A stretch of 64,000 nt of DNA from the human T2T-CHM13v2.0 reference genome, Homo sapiens. Below the pieces are notes generated by a model. It saw only the letters and a list, made by a program, of their open reading frames with translations. It had not been told where the DNA came from and did not search any database. Positions 1 to 13,640 of the stretch are shown piece by piece (position 1 is the stretch's first letter; each line of letters starts with the position of its first letter). The translations under genes and the position numbers were made by a program. The DNA lies in the NCBI RefSeq assembly GCF_009914755.1, contig NC_060938.1; one strand, 5' to 3'.

Positions 1-944
1 TCTCCTCTCCTAAAGTTTTCTGCTGGTATGAGAAAATGGCCTTATAGAACACCCAGAAGCAATGAAACTGGAACAATTAGGTGGAGGAATAAATGGAGAA
101 AAAAAAAGTGGATGGAGAGGGAGAGTGGCCTTAGAGATGAGTCAGCCGAGGAGTCAGCACATTCTCACAGGAGAAGTGACTTGGCCACGGCCCTGTCTCC
201 TCAGAGTGTGTTCCAACAGGAATGTGGTGACAAATATGTACAGAGTAAATGAGATGAGGAAAAAATGAAGAAGTTCAAAGTGAGGAGAAATTAATTCAAA
301 AGAAAGAAGAAAGAGGGGAGCCTTGGAATTTTACCTACTTCTACTCATTAGTGTTTGACTTCACTAAGGGTAAGAGAAGGCTGACAGGGAAGAAATGAGA
401 GGCAAGAGACAGCCCAAATCTTGGTGGGAGAGTCGGCTGTGCCCTGAACCACAGGACAATTTGTTCTTAGGACAAGAACCAAAGAAAAGTCAGTCAAGGA
501 TTACGATGTGGGAACCCTGATGATAAACACACTCAGGATAAAAGAATGAGGGATTCCCCCCGTCAATATTGTGGGTACAAAAATTGAAAACAGGGTGACA
601 TAATTCTTAGAAATGGAACAATTTGAGATTCAGTTCAATATTAATTAAACTCCTGCTATATGCCAGGCACTGATGATACAGTCTATGCTCCCGCGGAGCT
701 ATACTCTAAAGGAGAAACACTTTCTCAACAGGTGATCAAAAGAGAAGAGAGCAGGTGAGACTGAGGAGATGCTTTATGTTCAGCTGAGGATAACAAGTAC
801 AGATCAGGCTGTTGGTGAGGGCAGCTGAATGTGGCAATAAAATAACTGTTAGTTAAGAATAAATATTACTTCAGAAATATGCATGAGATGAGAAGTAAAT
901 GTTTGACTGAAGAGACATTAAAAGTAATATTTAAAAGTATATTA

Positions 945-1238
<294 letters not shown>

Positions 1239-1254
1239 CTCTATTATTTAAACT

Positions 1255-1445
1255 TTCAGAGAGTGCTTTCATCCAAGTTTTATACACTTAGAGATACTGA
1301 ATGAAGCCTATAATAACCTTAGGAGAACGTGATATCATCGTTTTACAAATGAGACATCTAAGGAACAGACAGGTTAACTTCTTTGCCCAAGGTTACACAA
1401 ACAAAGCCAGCTTCAATAATAGAATTCATTTGTCTAGATTTCTTG
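1255..1445 (-). mobile_element. MIR SINE fragment
   Basis: MIR core-like TTTTACAAATGAG...GGTTAACTTCTTTGCCCAAGGTTACAC. Confidence 0.7.
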
Positions 1446-2052
1446 CCAAGATGATGTCAGCCCAACCAACATTTTCCCGAAGTGCAATCCCTGGAACACT
1501 AGTTCTGCACAGTGTTATTATTTTAAGTTTCTATTTTATGGTAAAATAAGTCTTGGACATGCTGGTAAAGAGAGTTAAACAGGTTCCTTACTGTGAGATT
1601 TCTCAGAGCCTTAAAAACGATCATTTCACAGTGAGGGATATAGAATGTGGTGTTTCTTACACTTATTTGATCAGAGAACACTTATTTCATGGATTGTCTC
1701 TCAAATTTAGAGTAACAGAAAATATGCTGGAAAATACTGCACCAATGTGTGTTGAGTTTAGCAAGTTTGACAGATTTGGAATACGGACAGAGATATATAA
1801 ATGTGATTCTTCTTCTACCTCATGAATCATGAGGAATCATGACAAGATGAATCTGGAATAAATAATCCACTTGGAACAGCTTGCCATTAAGCAGAAAGGG
1901 GCTGGTGCCACTAAACTGGACAACCACACTCCATAAATATCTAGGAAACTCTAAGCCTGGATAAGTGTATTTCATTATGGAGAAATCAGATACAAATAAT
2001 GTCTACAGATAACATTTGATGTGAAATGTGTGACAAAGAAGAGCCTATTCAC

Positions 2053-3095
2053 TTCTGATAAAGGACTATTATCCAAAACATACAAAGAACACTTAAAACT
2101 CAACAATTAAAAAAAAAAAACCTAATTGAAAAATGGGCCAAAGACCTTAACAGACACCTCACTAAAGAAGATATATGGATGTCAAATAAGTCTAGGAAAA
2201 AATGTCCCACACCATATGTCATTGGGGAAAGGCAAATTAAAACAACAATGAGACAGCATTACACATCTATTAGGATGGCCAAAATCCAGAACCCCAACAA
2301 TGCCAAACGCTGGAGAGGATATAGAGCAACAGGAATTCTCACTCACTCATTCACTGTGTGAATGCAAAATGGCATAGCCACTTTAGAAGACAGTTTGGTG
2401 GTTTCTTACAAAAGTACACATACTTGTTCCATAGAATGCAGCAATCTCTCTCCTTGATATTTGTCCAAATGAGTTGGAAATACAAAAACCTATATGGGAT
2501 GTTTACAGCAGCTTCATTCATAATCGCCAAAACTGGGAAGCAGTAGGTGAATGGATAAATAAACTGTGGTACATACAGACAATGGAATATTATTCAGTGT
2601 AAAAAGAAATGAGCTATCAAGCCATGAAAATATATGAAGAAACTTAAGTCTGTATTACTCACTGAAAGAAGCCAATCTGAAAAGGTTACATAAATACATG
2701 GTTCTAATCATATAGCATTTTGTAAAAGGCAAAATTATGGAGACAGTAAAAAGATCAGTGGTTGCCAGAAACTGGAGGTTGGGGAGGGATTAATTGGCAG
2801 AAAACAGTGATTTTAGGGCAGTGAAAATCTCTGTATGTTTGGATACATAACATTATACATTTTTCCAGACCCACAGAATGTACAACACGAAGAGTGAATG
2901 TTAACTAGGGACTTTAGGTGATAATGATGTGGCAATGTAGGTTCATCAATTGTAACAAATGTACAAGTGGGCAGGGGTGATGTTGATACCAGGGAAGGCT
3001 ATGCATGAGTGGAAGTAGAGGGTATATGAGAAATTTCTGTACCTTCTCTTGAATTTTGCTGTGAACCTAAAACTGCTCTTAAAAAGTAAAGTCTT
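2053..3095 (+). mobile_element. Old L1 (L1MC1-like) 3' fragment: ORF2 end plus 3'UTR
   Basis: ORF 2179-2361 resembles the L1 ORF2 C-terminus (QIKTTMR.H.T.IRMA); ends in L1MC-type TTTTGCTGTGAACCTAAAACTGCTCT. Confidence 0.85.
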
Positions 3096-3244
3096 TTTTT
3101 TTAAAAGCCTAATTATTGCCTCAGAGCTGAAGAGAAAGCAAGCAAGTTGTAAAGTAAAAAATACATCAAAGACAACTGAAAAGTTGGGGACCAAATAGAA
3201 GCAGATTGCTTGAAGGCTCACAAGGGGAGTGAGCCATTATTTAC

Positions 3245-4670
3245 AATGCTTACGTATTATTTATTATCCATTGTCTGTCTTCTTACCCTTGAATGAAAAC
3301 TTCGCAAGGAAAGAGATTTGTGTCATTCCCAACAAACCCTGACTGATCTACTCCAAAAGTCTAGAACAATGCCTGACACACATAGCAGATACACCAATAG
3401 TGAACGAATAAATGAATAAAAGAAAACTAACATATTAAAATCAGAATCTTTGATCTCTCCTACCACCTGTAATAAATTCTCCCCATTTTTTCCACCTTTG
3501 TCAATGAATACTCCAATTGACTTAGTTTCTTGGGCCAAAAACCTTTCAAGTTTGCCTCCTCTTTCTCTCATATCCTCATTCAATCAATCAGCAAACCAAA
3601 TCAAGTCTACCTCTATATGTATTACAATTCTGATCTCTTCTTCCCATCTCCACTGCTACCACCATATTCCAAGCCACCATCATCTCTTGTCTGGCCTATT
3701 TCAATAGCCTTCTAAATATTCCCCCATTTTCTCTCACACCTGGCTACTGTCTCTTTACAAAATAGTCTGAATTATCCTTTGCAGGTACCATCACCCACCA
3801 TGCTCAAAACCCTCCAATGGCTTTCCACCAAACTCAGAATTCAGCCTTAGCTTTCCTCCTACTCATTGTGTTCCAGGCTCAGTGGCCTCCTTGCTGTCCT
3901 CTGATACATCCATTGCCACCTGCACTCCAAGGCCTTACATTCACTGCTTCTCCACCCAGACCCTTCATTCTCTCCTGCTTTGTGGTCTCTGATCAGATGC
4001 CATCCAATCTGAGAGATCTTCTGATGTGGTTTGGCTCTGTGTCCCACCCAAATCTCATATCAAATTGTAATCCCCACATGTCAGGGGAGGGACCTGGTGC
4101 GAGGTGATTGGATCATGTGAGTGGGTTTCCCCCTTGCTATTTTTGTGATGGTGAGTTTTCATGAGATCTGATGGTTTAAAAGTGTGTGGCACTTCCTTTT
4201 TCACTGCCTCGCTCTCCCTGCTCCCATGTGAAGAAGGTGCTTGCTTCCCCTTTGCCATCAGCCATGATTGTAAGTTTCCTGAGGCCTCCCAGTCATGCTT
4301 CCTGTTCAGTCTGTGAAACTGTGAGTAAATTAAACCTCTTTTCTTCAGAAATTAGCCAGTCTCAGGCAGTTCTTTATAGCAGTGTGAAAACAAACTAATA
4401 CACCTTCTCCGACCACCCTATTTAGAATAGCAGCCTCACCACCACTGTGAATCACTCCATCCTTTTATCTTGCTATATTTTTTCATAGCACTTGCCACTT
4501 TCTGATTTTATATGCCTATTTAATATCTGTCCCTATCCCCTACTAGAATGCAAACTCCATAAAACTAGGGACTTATTTTACTAAGTAGCTTAACTATTGT
4601 AGCTTCAGCACATAGAATTGTGCCTGGTACATTATAGCTCTGGATAAGAATATGCTAAATGAGTGAATTA
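3245..4670 (+). mobile_element. L2 LINE 3' fragments, interrupted by a MaLR LTR
   Basis: Pyrimidine-rich L2 body; L2 3'-end motifs CTAGAATGCAAACTCCAT and GTGCCTGGTACAT...AATGAGTGAAT. Confidence 0.75.
4022..4402 (+). mobile_element. MaLR solo LTR (THE1D/MSTA-type)
   Basis: TGATGTGGTTTGGCTCTGTGTCCC...ATTAAACCTCTTTTC...AACTAATACA, TG..CA ends, near-TSD TCTTC/CCTTC. Confidence 0.9.
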
Positions 4671-4671
4671 C

Positions 4672-4880
4672 TAGCACTTGTCAAGTGCTTATTAAATGCC
4701 AGGCCCTTTAAATGCATTGTTTCATGGGATCTGTAAGAAATAGTATTATCAATTCACTTTATCAGTGAAGAAATTGATGCCCAGAGAAGTTAAATAGTTT
4801 GCTCAAGGGCACACACTGAGCAAGTAAATGAGTCAGAATTTAGATCCAAGCAGGCCAACTCTGGTTCTGAACCACTGAGC
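4672..4880 (-). mobile_element. MIR SINE
   Basis: GAAGAAATTGATGCCCAGAGAAGTTAAATAGTTTGCTCAAGGGCACAC core. Confidence 0.7.
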
Positions 4881-6344
4881 TCTTCATTCTGCTGTTATTG
4901 CTATGGCTAACATATGTCAGTCATTCTAATAGCCTTATTTTTTATGATAATTCCCAGAAATGTATTTTCTTTCATGCAACCTTTCATTTTTTTCTTCCTT
5001 CTTTCCTTTTTTTCATTCTTTCATTTGTTTGTTCATTCCTTCCTTCATGGGCATATTTGCTAAGCGCTACTTCTGGCACTGGGGATACAAATTTAAGTAA
5101 GACACATTGCCTACTCACAAAGAGCTGACTTGGCCAGAGGGAAGGCAAACATACAAACAAATAATTTCAAGATATCTATTTGTTTTCTATTTTAGAAAAA
5201 TGGAAAATCATTTTACTCAACATCTTTTCCACTTTGCACTAACCTCCAAAAAGTTTTTGTCAATGTTATTGCCTAAAATATTGTAATCTTATCTCAATTA
5301 CCCCAAAACAGGTAAATACTCTATTTTGCACTTTCTATTTATCTGCAAGTTGTTTCTGGTTACTTGGAAAGAAAATGTGGCATGAATAGTAAGTGATATA
5401 AAATATTAAATATTTCATTATTTATTAAGTCAAAACTTATTCATCATGCTCAAGGCACAGCATGAGGCACTGGGAGGGATTAAAATGAATATGACATGGT
5501 ACCTTCTCCTCAATGAGTTCACAGTTAGGCAGAGGAACACAGAAATAATTATAATGTATGAAACCAAGCAAAAAGCACCATAAGGAAAGTACAGGCCATG
5601 ATGTGTTTTCTGCAGATAATTCCAGCTGGAGTGGTGGGGATTTAAACACAGAGAGCCCAGCTCCAGGGTCTTTGTTCTCCACCATATCTCTCTACTATGT
5701 TCACAGAAGTTGGTGTGAATTTAGTACTGGTAAATAATATAAGGTAGAAAGTTTTCATCTCAGCCATTTTAATGTAGACTATCCAAATACTTCTGTGGAA
5801 TTGTTGAGGACTCTACTAACCCTACCAGCTTTATCTGCATGTAGGATTTTCAGGATTATACCCTGGTCAGACTTTTAAAGCTCTTATATGACTTATATAT
5901 AAAGAAGGAGCACACGTTCTTCCCTCCTTCCTACGTATACAACTTTGAGCAAGTGAGTCAATTCCTCTGTAGCTTGTCTGTAAACTGGGGTTAATAGGAG
6001 TACATACAGCATAGTAATAGGTGCTGAGGATAAAAAGATGATTAAAAAACAAGAAGAAAATTGAGAACTGTTTTCAGAATACTAAATGCGATAACATTCA
6101 GGTAAAATGATTACAAACTGTACAAACAGTGCTAGTGAATTATCTTCCTGTGATCTACAGCCATGTATACTTATTAGCGGGAAGGGCTAGTCCATGATAT
6201 TCTGGTGCTTTCTTTCCAGTAACTCCACAGTTCAGAAATGATGGTGTAGCAACAGCACTTCAGTGATTATTTACATTTGTAAAAGGTAACAGGTATAATT
6301 TAAGACTGTCTGGCATTATCTGCTACAGCTGAATATTTCTAAGG

Positions 6345-7305
6345 TTATCAGTAATTCCTCTTCTTAGGGTACACCCAACAGAAACAGTCATGTGTTCACC
6401 AAAAGACATTTCTAAGAATACAGTAGTCTCCCCTTATCTATTGAGAATATGTTCCGAGACCCCCCAGCGGATGCCTGAAACCACGGAAAATACCAAACCC
6501 TATACATACTACATCTTTTTCCTATACATACATACCTATGACTAAGTTTAATTTATAAATTAGGCACAGTAAGAAATTGAGAACAATAAAATAGAACATA
6601 CATAAGAATATACTGTAATAAAAGCTATGTGAATCCAATTCCACTCTCAAAGCATCCTTTTGTACAGCACTAAGCTTTCTTCTTGTGACAAAGTGAGATG
6701 ATAAAATGCCTACATGATGAGATGAAGTGAGGTGAACGCTACAGGCATTGTAATATAGCATTTAAAACTTATGAATTGTTTATTTCTGGAATTTTCCACT
6801 TAATATTTTTAGACCACAGTTGACCATGGAAAACTAAAACTATGGAAAGCAAAACTGCGGATAAGAGGGGGGGACTATTGTATTCATAACAGCACTATTT
6901 GTAATAGTTAAAAACTGAAACTACCCAAATGCTCATCAACACAAGTTGGAATATATTCATTCAACACTACACAGAAGTTATAATGAATGAATCACAACTG
7001 CATGCAAAAGCATGGATTAATTTCATAGACATCATGTTGAGCAAAGCAGCCAGACATAAAACATTATATACTCAAAGATGCACCTAAACAAAGTTTAAAA
7101 AACAGCAAAACTAATCTCTGACGTTAGAACAGTGGTTTCTCAGGCTTCTTAAATGAAGTTACATGTGGGAGACTCTGGAGTGCCAGTTATGTCTGTTTCT
7201 TTCTCTGGGTATTAGTCACATGGGCATGTACAATTGGTAAATATTCATCAAACTGTACACTGAAGATAGGTACTTTCTTAATGTATGTTATTCTTCAATA
7301 AAGTT
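6345..7305 (+). mobile_element. Old L1ME-type 3' fragment split by MER44
   Basis: CACCAAAAGACATTTCTAAGAATA|...|TTCATAACAGCACTATTTGTAATAG continuity across the insertion; ends with AATAAA. Confidence 0.7.
6421..6880 (-). mobile_element. MER44 (Tigger7-derived non-autonomous DNA transposon)
   Basis: Terminal inverted repeats CAGTAGTCTCCCCTTATC / GATAAGAGGGGGGGACTATTG, TA TSD on both sides. Confidence 0.9.
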
Positions 7306-8327
7306 TTCCCTTCCAAAATGCTGCAGATCCCCTTCACTGCCTAACACCCAAGGCATGGATTTCTTTGCTTGGTATATCACTCCCACCAAAGCCAATTTGG
7401 TGGGAATGAGAACTCACCCGATTTGAACTTTAATAATCTTTCCCCCCACCAGGCATCATTCCAGCAGAGACTACTGCTGCAAACCACTCTTAGAATCAAT
7501 GTTTTCTTTGACTATGATTAGCTCATTGGTGCCACATGTTCTCTGTGGCATTAAGACAACATTTTTAAAATGGCAAAGTATTAATAATGAAAGAGCCATT
7601 TGATGGTAAAAACAAATAAATAGTTTTTATTTTCCAAAAGCAACCTGCAGCCACCCACCAAATTCTATTTTGAAATGTCATCAGTGCTTGGGGAAAAAAA
7701 CTATCAGTTGACATCTATTATTTATAAAAGACCCTATGAAGGCTATTAAAGATGTCAAGAATGTTTTATCTACTAACCTAAAACCTGTCTCAGACAGAAA
7801 TAAAAATGGCTGCAGAGTCAACACATGCATTTCATGTTAATGCTGTGTTTGAGGACACCTGGGCCAAGGTTATGTGTTAAGTCAGTGAAAAGATGTAATT
7901 CATGGAGTAACTGAAAAATCCACTAGACAGGAAGACAGATGGATTGAACATTTTCTGTGCCACCAAGTGGCTAATGATTAGGTAAACACCTCTGAGCAAA
8001 ACAAAATCCAGAATTGTTTCAGCCGTTCTCTGACCACCTCCTGCATCAGGTGTGAGCAGACATCAGCCTGCTGAGGGCTCCTCTGGAACAGGGAGCAGGT
8101 TCAGCGTCTCTGGGAGGGCACACCCTCCCTCCCACCCTGTAGAGTCCAGCTTGGTCAGAAGCACCTGCTGTGGAGAAACTGGTAGGGGGCAGAGCCGAGA
8201 CTCAAACCAGGTTTACTGATTTCAAATCCCAATCTCATAGCTATTGCTGCATACAGCTTCCTAATTTTCAACACCTATTTTTGCCCTCTTACCAGAAGGA
8301 GGAATAAGAAGAATGGCAGGGAAGGAA

Positions 8328-8386
8328 TTTTTTTTTTTTTTTTTGAGACAGAGTGTCACTCTGTCACCAGGCTGGAGTGCAGTGGC
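8328..8386 (-). mobile_element. Alu 3'-end stub (about 42 nt plus tail)
   Basis: T run then GAGACAGAGTGTCACTCTGTCACCAGGCTGGAGTGCAGTGGC, ending abruptly. Confidence 0.85.
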
Positions 8387-8477
8387 TTTATGATCCATAT
8401 CTATCCCTTCAGAGCCCAGCTGTGGGTCTCAACCAGCCGTCCAATGGGAGGCAGGGCTTCCGGTGATCTGTACTCAC

Positions 8478-8566
8478 CGGAATAATCGAATCCCCTAAGG
8501 ATACTGATTTCCAGAAAGTTACCTTCCAAATTATTCCAGCTAAGTGGACAGCCAACCTTCATACAT
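8478..8566 (-). other. Candidate 89-nt exon (non-coding or cryptic)
   Basis: Minus strand: (TG)n...ttgtggtacag|ATGTATG...ATTCCG|gtgagt; consensus donor. Confidence 0.35.
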
Positions 8567-8589
8567 CTGTACCACAAGTGCACAAGAGC

Positions 8590-8647
8590 GCACACACACA
8601 TGCAAATGCACACACACACACGCAAATGCACACACACACACACACCA
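8590..8647. repeat. Interrupted (CA)n/(TG)n microsatellite
   Basis: Three CA runs separated by TGCAAATG/CGCAAATG. Confidence 0.95.
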
Positions 8648-8844
8648 CGATAAAAAGAATGCTGGAGACAACGAAAGTCAGAGAAACAAGCCCTTAGGAT
8701 TCCATTGCATTTGGACATGCATCCGCAGGAAGCTCAGGCAGCTCTTCAAGTTTAACCTCCTCCCGTTTTTGGTTCTTGGTTCCCATCTGTAGCCAATGTG
8801 CCATCTTGTTCCGTTTCCCTTATTGATTCCCTCAGAGCTACGTC

Positions 8845-9950
8845 AGTATTTGTCCATTACACTTTACTAAATTGCTATAATTGGACAGTACAAAGATATA
8901 CAATTTTTTTCTTTTTTAGAAAATAAAAAGGGTTTTTACAAACTATAAAACACAACACAGCATCTGTTAAAAATTGAGTTCACTTATATAGTTATCATAC
9001 TTTATAGTTGTGAAATACTGCACTTATGGATTAGATTTGTTTTATGTACATCTTGCAATTTACATTCCCTTATGGATCAACATATTGTATATCTTTCATG
9101 TGTAGATACACACACACACACACGATGTGATTCAAAGTTAAGATTTTTCAAAGCTATACATGCAAAATAAGTGCATGGGGAATTAAAATGCACCACACAC
9201 AAAATGGAAAGAACTATAACATAAAACACGCATGTACTTGCCTATGAATGTGAAACAAAGTATATGGCCATTGTATCTCTGGAACTTTTTCTTTTCTCTT
9301 CATAAAAAATAGAGCCCATTATCCATTTGGGTAAATAACAATACAGTTGTCTAAAAAATAACTTTTTTTCATGTTATCAAACTTTATTGCACATAACCTC
9401 TTTTTGGACTTCAGAATCATGCATACTTGCATTTATGCCTAATAAAGATGGTATTACAAATTTTAAAAGCCAAGGACAAGTTTAGATGTGACAAGGCAAA
9501 CTAAATGTATACAAGGTATAAAAATAATTTTCTAAGTAATGATAAATGTATCACATTCTTGGCTCCAGCCCACCAACAATTCCAAAGATATTTAATAAAA
9601 AATAAACATCATTATGTAAACTAAAATGTAACATTCGAACAGATATATGTCTAAATATGAATACATGGGCTTTTTCCATTGTTGTCTCATTAATAATAGA
9701 ATGGTCATTGGCACCCTTTTCTTAACTTTTTATAATATTTGTAAATGTTAAATAAAAACTAGTTTCAGTATTTTAAGTATGAGTCCTATTTTCCTCTCTT
9801 TGCCTCAAATATACCCTAATCTTAAAATATTATATATGTATATACATCAACATACATGTTGACGTATTTATCAAACAACTTGCTAAAATAAAGTCCCTCT
9901 GAAAAGATTTGCCAAAATTGTGCAAAACCAAGATATGTAAGAATAGAACC
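8845..9950 (-). other. Distal 3'UTR-like segment of a minus-strand gene
   Basis: Free of interspersed repeats, U-rich on minus, many TGTA motifs, PUM element TGTATATA (9839-9846), AATAAA (9383-9388), AGTAAA (8863-8868). Confidence 0.5.
9383..9388 (-). terminator. Candidate poly(A) signal AATAAA
   Basis: Minus GTGCAATAAAGTTTGATAAC followed by T/GT-rich sequence (TTATTTTTT...TGTATTGTTATTT). Confidence 0.5.
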
Positions 9951-10682
9951 TCTAGTATATCCATTCAATCCTTTGCTCTACTAGCTGGGGGAAAAAAAAG
10001 GAGGGGCCTTAAAAATTTCATACTGCCCGATCTATCAACATTTTTCTGAAATGCTACTCCAGAATCCCAAACACCTTAATTTCCTTAATTCCTATTTTCC
10101 CCAACATTTTAATGTTTCTAAAATTGGGATTATCTTACAAATAATGCATATATTTTATGGTAGTTACCCTTTTAAAAAAAGCTATATTAAATTGATGTCA
10201 TATCTGATAAGTGATGGAGATTTAGAAGCACAGAAATATATTAAATATAGTATTATTCATCAAGGGAAACTCTGTTCTTTTTAATTTGAAATTTCTTCCA
10301 GTAATATTTGCTAAGTTACTACTCACCCTACTCAAAGTGGAATCTTTACAATCTCCTAAAACAAACAAACAAACAAACCCAGCATAATCCTGGAACCAAT
10401 CAATTTTTAACACTTTTTTCTACAATATCAATTAATGTTAAGACATTTTATCAGTTCACCAATGTGAAGACACCATAGGGTGATTAAGATATTAGAAGGA
10501 TAGATGATAGAGACACAGCAAAACTTACTGAAAAGTGATAGTTGCCAAAGTGGCAGTACAAATGATCTGTTACAGAGGAACTCTCTGACAGTCTAACACA
10601 TTGTTATTCCAAGAATTGCTCTTAACAATAGTCGGCCAGATTACCTGCTATACTTTCAGAAACTAGTCATGCAAAAGCCTTA

Positions 10683-11053
<371 letters not shown>

Positions 11054-11383
11054 GAACTTTAAGGCCATTCAGTACTTTTAGGCCACTTTCTCAAGAAATC
11101 TATTTCTCTTGGTAAGAAAAAAAAGCTTGTTCATCGATCTTGATATTATTGGCACGCTTTACAGGAAGAAATTATCAATAGTTTATTCATTTTTTCAGTG
11201 AAAGCATGATAGGCATATTTCAAAATAGACTAAATTCCATTTTAAAAACTCTCCCATTTCAAGGATTCTGCATTTACTTCTGCTAATTATAAAAAATTTG
11301 TCATACAATTTCCACTTAAACTTTCAACATCATTTTGCACTTACCATCCTCAAGTAAACTACCAATCCAAAATGATCGCACAA

Positions 11384-11599
11384 TTTTTTTTTTTCAGGTT
11401 CAAGCGATTCTCCTGCCTGAGCCTCCCGAGTAGCTGAAATTGCAGGCAACCGCTACTACGGCTGGCTAATTTTGTATTTTCAGTAGAGACAGGGTTTAAC
11501 CATGTTGGCTAGGCTGGTCTCAAACTCCTGACCTTAAGCGATCCATCTGCCTCAGCCTCTGAAAGTGCTGGGATTACAGGCATGAACCACTGTGCCAGT
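11384..11599 (-). mobile_element. AluS-type SINE lacking the last ~70 nt of the right arm but with an A tail
   Basis: Left arm plus partial right arm ending ...CTTGAACCTG then A11; degenerate TSD AAAATGATCGCACA / AAAAAGATTGTACA. Confidence 0.9.
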
Positions 11600-12632
11600 G
11601 AAAAAAGATTGTACAGATTTTCAGACTGCCTAAAACTCATGGTTGAAAGAGACTATCCAACTGATTTTCCAGGCTTCTTCTTATTCTAAATGTCACCGCA
11701 TGTATTCTTTACTCCACAACAAGCGTTCATTCTGATGAATTACAGAACAAAATTGTGGACATTTGCCTCAACTATCTTTATCCAGATTTGTATGAAAAAT
11801 GTACAGGTTAAATAAATACAGTCATGACATGGCTCTGTCCCTACAGAAAGTGACAAAGGAGGAGTTCCAGCCATTGCAATAGAGGATGTGAAATCCAAAG
11901 CTCACATAGTCCTGCAGCAACTGGAACCACATCAATACAAAGGTACCTCCTCTATAATAAATATTCAATTAACAATATAGGCACTGATTTTTAAACTACC
12001 TATTATGAAGAGTCACAACTACTCAATCCACCTGTTAGAGAAGCACCCCATAATTTTAACCACCTGGTATAATGCAGCGATGGCCTTACAAAGAGGTACA
12101 GCACTCACCACCAATTAGGAGATAATGTTAGTGAGGAAGGGAGAGATGCTTTGATTAAATGCTGATTTTTTGTTCCTTTTTAATAGATTTTTTTTCTCTG
12201 AAGTTTTATGTCTCAATGATCTTATAGTGAAGTTAAATAAAGGATGATGTGCAACAAAAAATAATTTTGTATCAAAAGACTACGAATGTATTTTACTGCT
12301 TCCAATCCAACTTCTGTTTTGCATGATCAAATAAATCCCAGCAAACAATAATTTGAAATGGAAAACCAATCTTAGTTCAGAAGAGTAACATGACTTATAG
12401 AAGAAAGTGCATGGGAATAAATTATTTGAGAGGAATCCGGGGTCCCAGGTAAAGACGAGAGCACATTAGAGCAAACATAAAGCCCTCTCTTAGTTCTTTT
12501 CCCCTACCCCTACCCCACCATCTCTCTCTTTATTCTTAATCTCACATCATCAGCTGCCTAGATTCTATTCATTTATCTTATTAATAGGCTTAATGTTTTT
12601 CTTTGAAACTAAGAAATAACTTAGATAGCTTA

Positions 12633-13033
<401 letters not shown>

Positions 13034-13414
13034 TCATTGGTGACATTTCTGAAGTAGTGCGTAGTGTTTAAATGAAAAGAAAATCCTCTGACTTATTTGT
13101 TGCCCTCTGAGCAAATTGCTTTTTCCAATAAAAGCAAAAGCCTAGCCATAGAATGCCCAGTGGATGCTACAGAAGGAGTAACATCTTGACATCATCTAGT
13201 GGTCCAACTAGTTCAGGTATTAATGTTCACCATACAGCACAGGACAGGCACAATCAACTATAAATTCTCATTATAGAGAGTGGGGAGAGACAGGGCTCAG
13301 GACACATTGCTTTGCAAGCTTTAAAAAACTTAAGAAATTTTGACGTAAGTGTGAAAAGTGCCTCTAGAGCTCAAATAATTGTCTAATCTAGGTGGCATAT
13401 GCAAGTGTGTGAAC

Positions 13415-13640
13415 AGAATGGTGGGAAGAACGTTTAGAGTCAGAATATCTGCTTCAACTTATACTGTGCTATTTATTACCCGTGACCTTGGACCTACTGC
13501 CTCTTTTAGCCTTGATTTCCTTATCTGAAAATTGGGAAAACATAACCACATATATAATGGGATGGTTTAAGATTTAATAAGATGAAACGTGTAACCAAAT
13601 GGCACAGTACAGAACATAGTAGACACTCAATAAACATTTC
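13415..13640 (+). mobile_element. MIR SINE
   Basis: GTGACCTTGG...TTTCCTTATCTGAAAATTGGG...CATAGTAGACACTCAATAAACAT. Confidence 0.75.

Noticed and set aside
7381-7405. Perfect 10-bp inverted repeat TCCCACCAAA / TTTGGTGGGA
   Set aside because: Isolated, too short for a pre-miRNA or MITE, no TSD or supporting context
8401-8792. Overlapping 105-aa and 82-aa ORFs
   Set aside because: Extended by the CA/TG repeat (VCVC/HTHT); no recognisable domain
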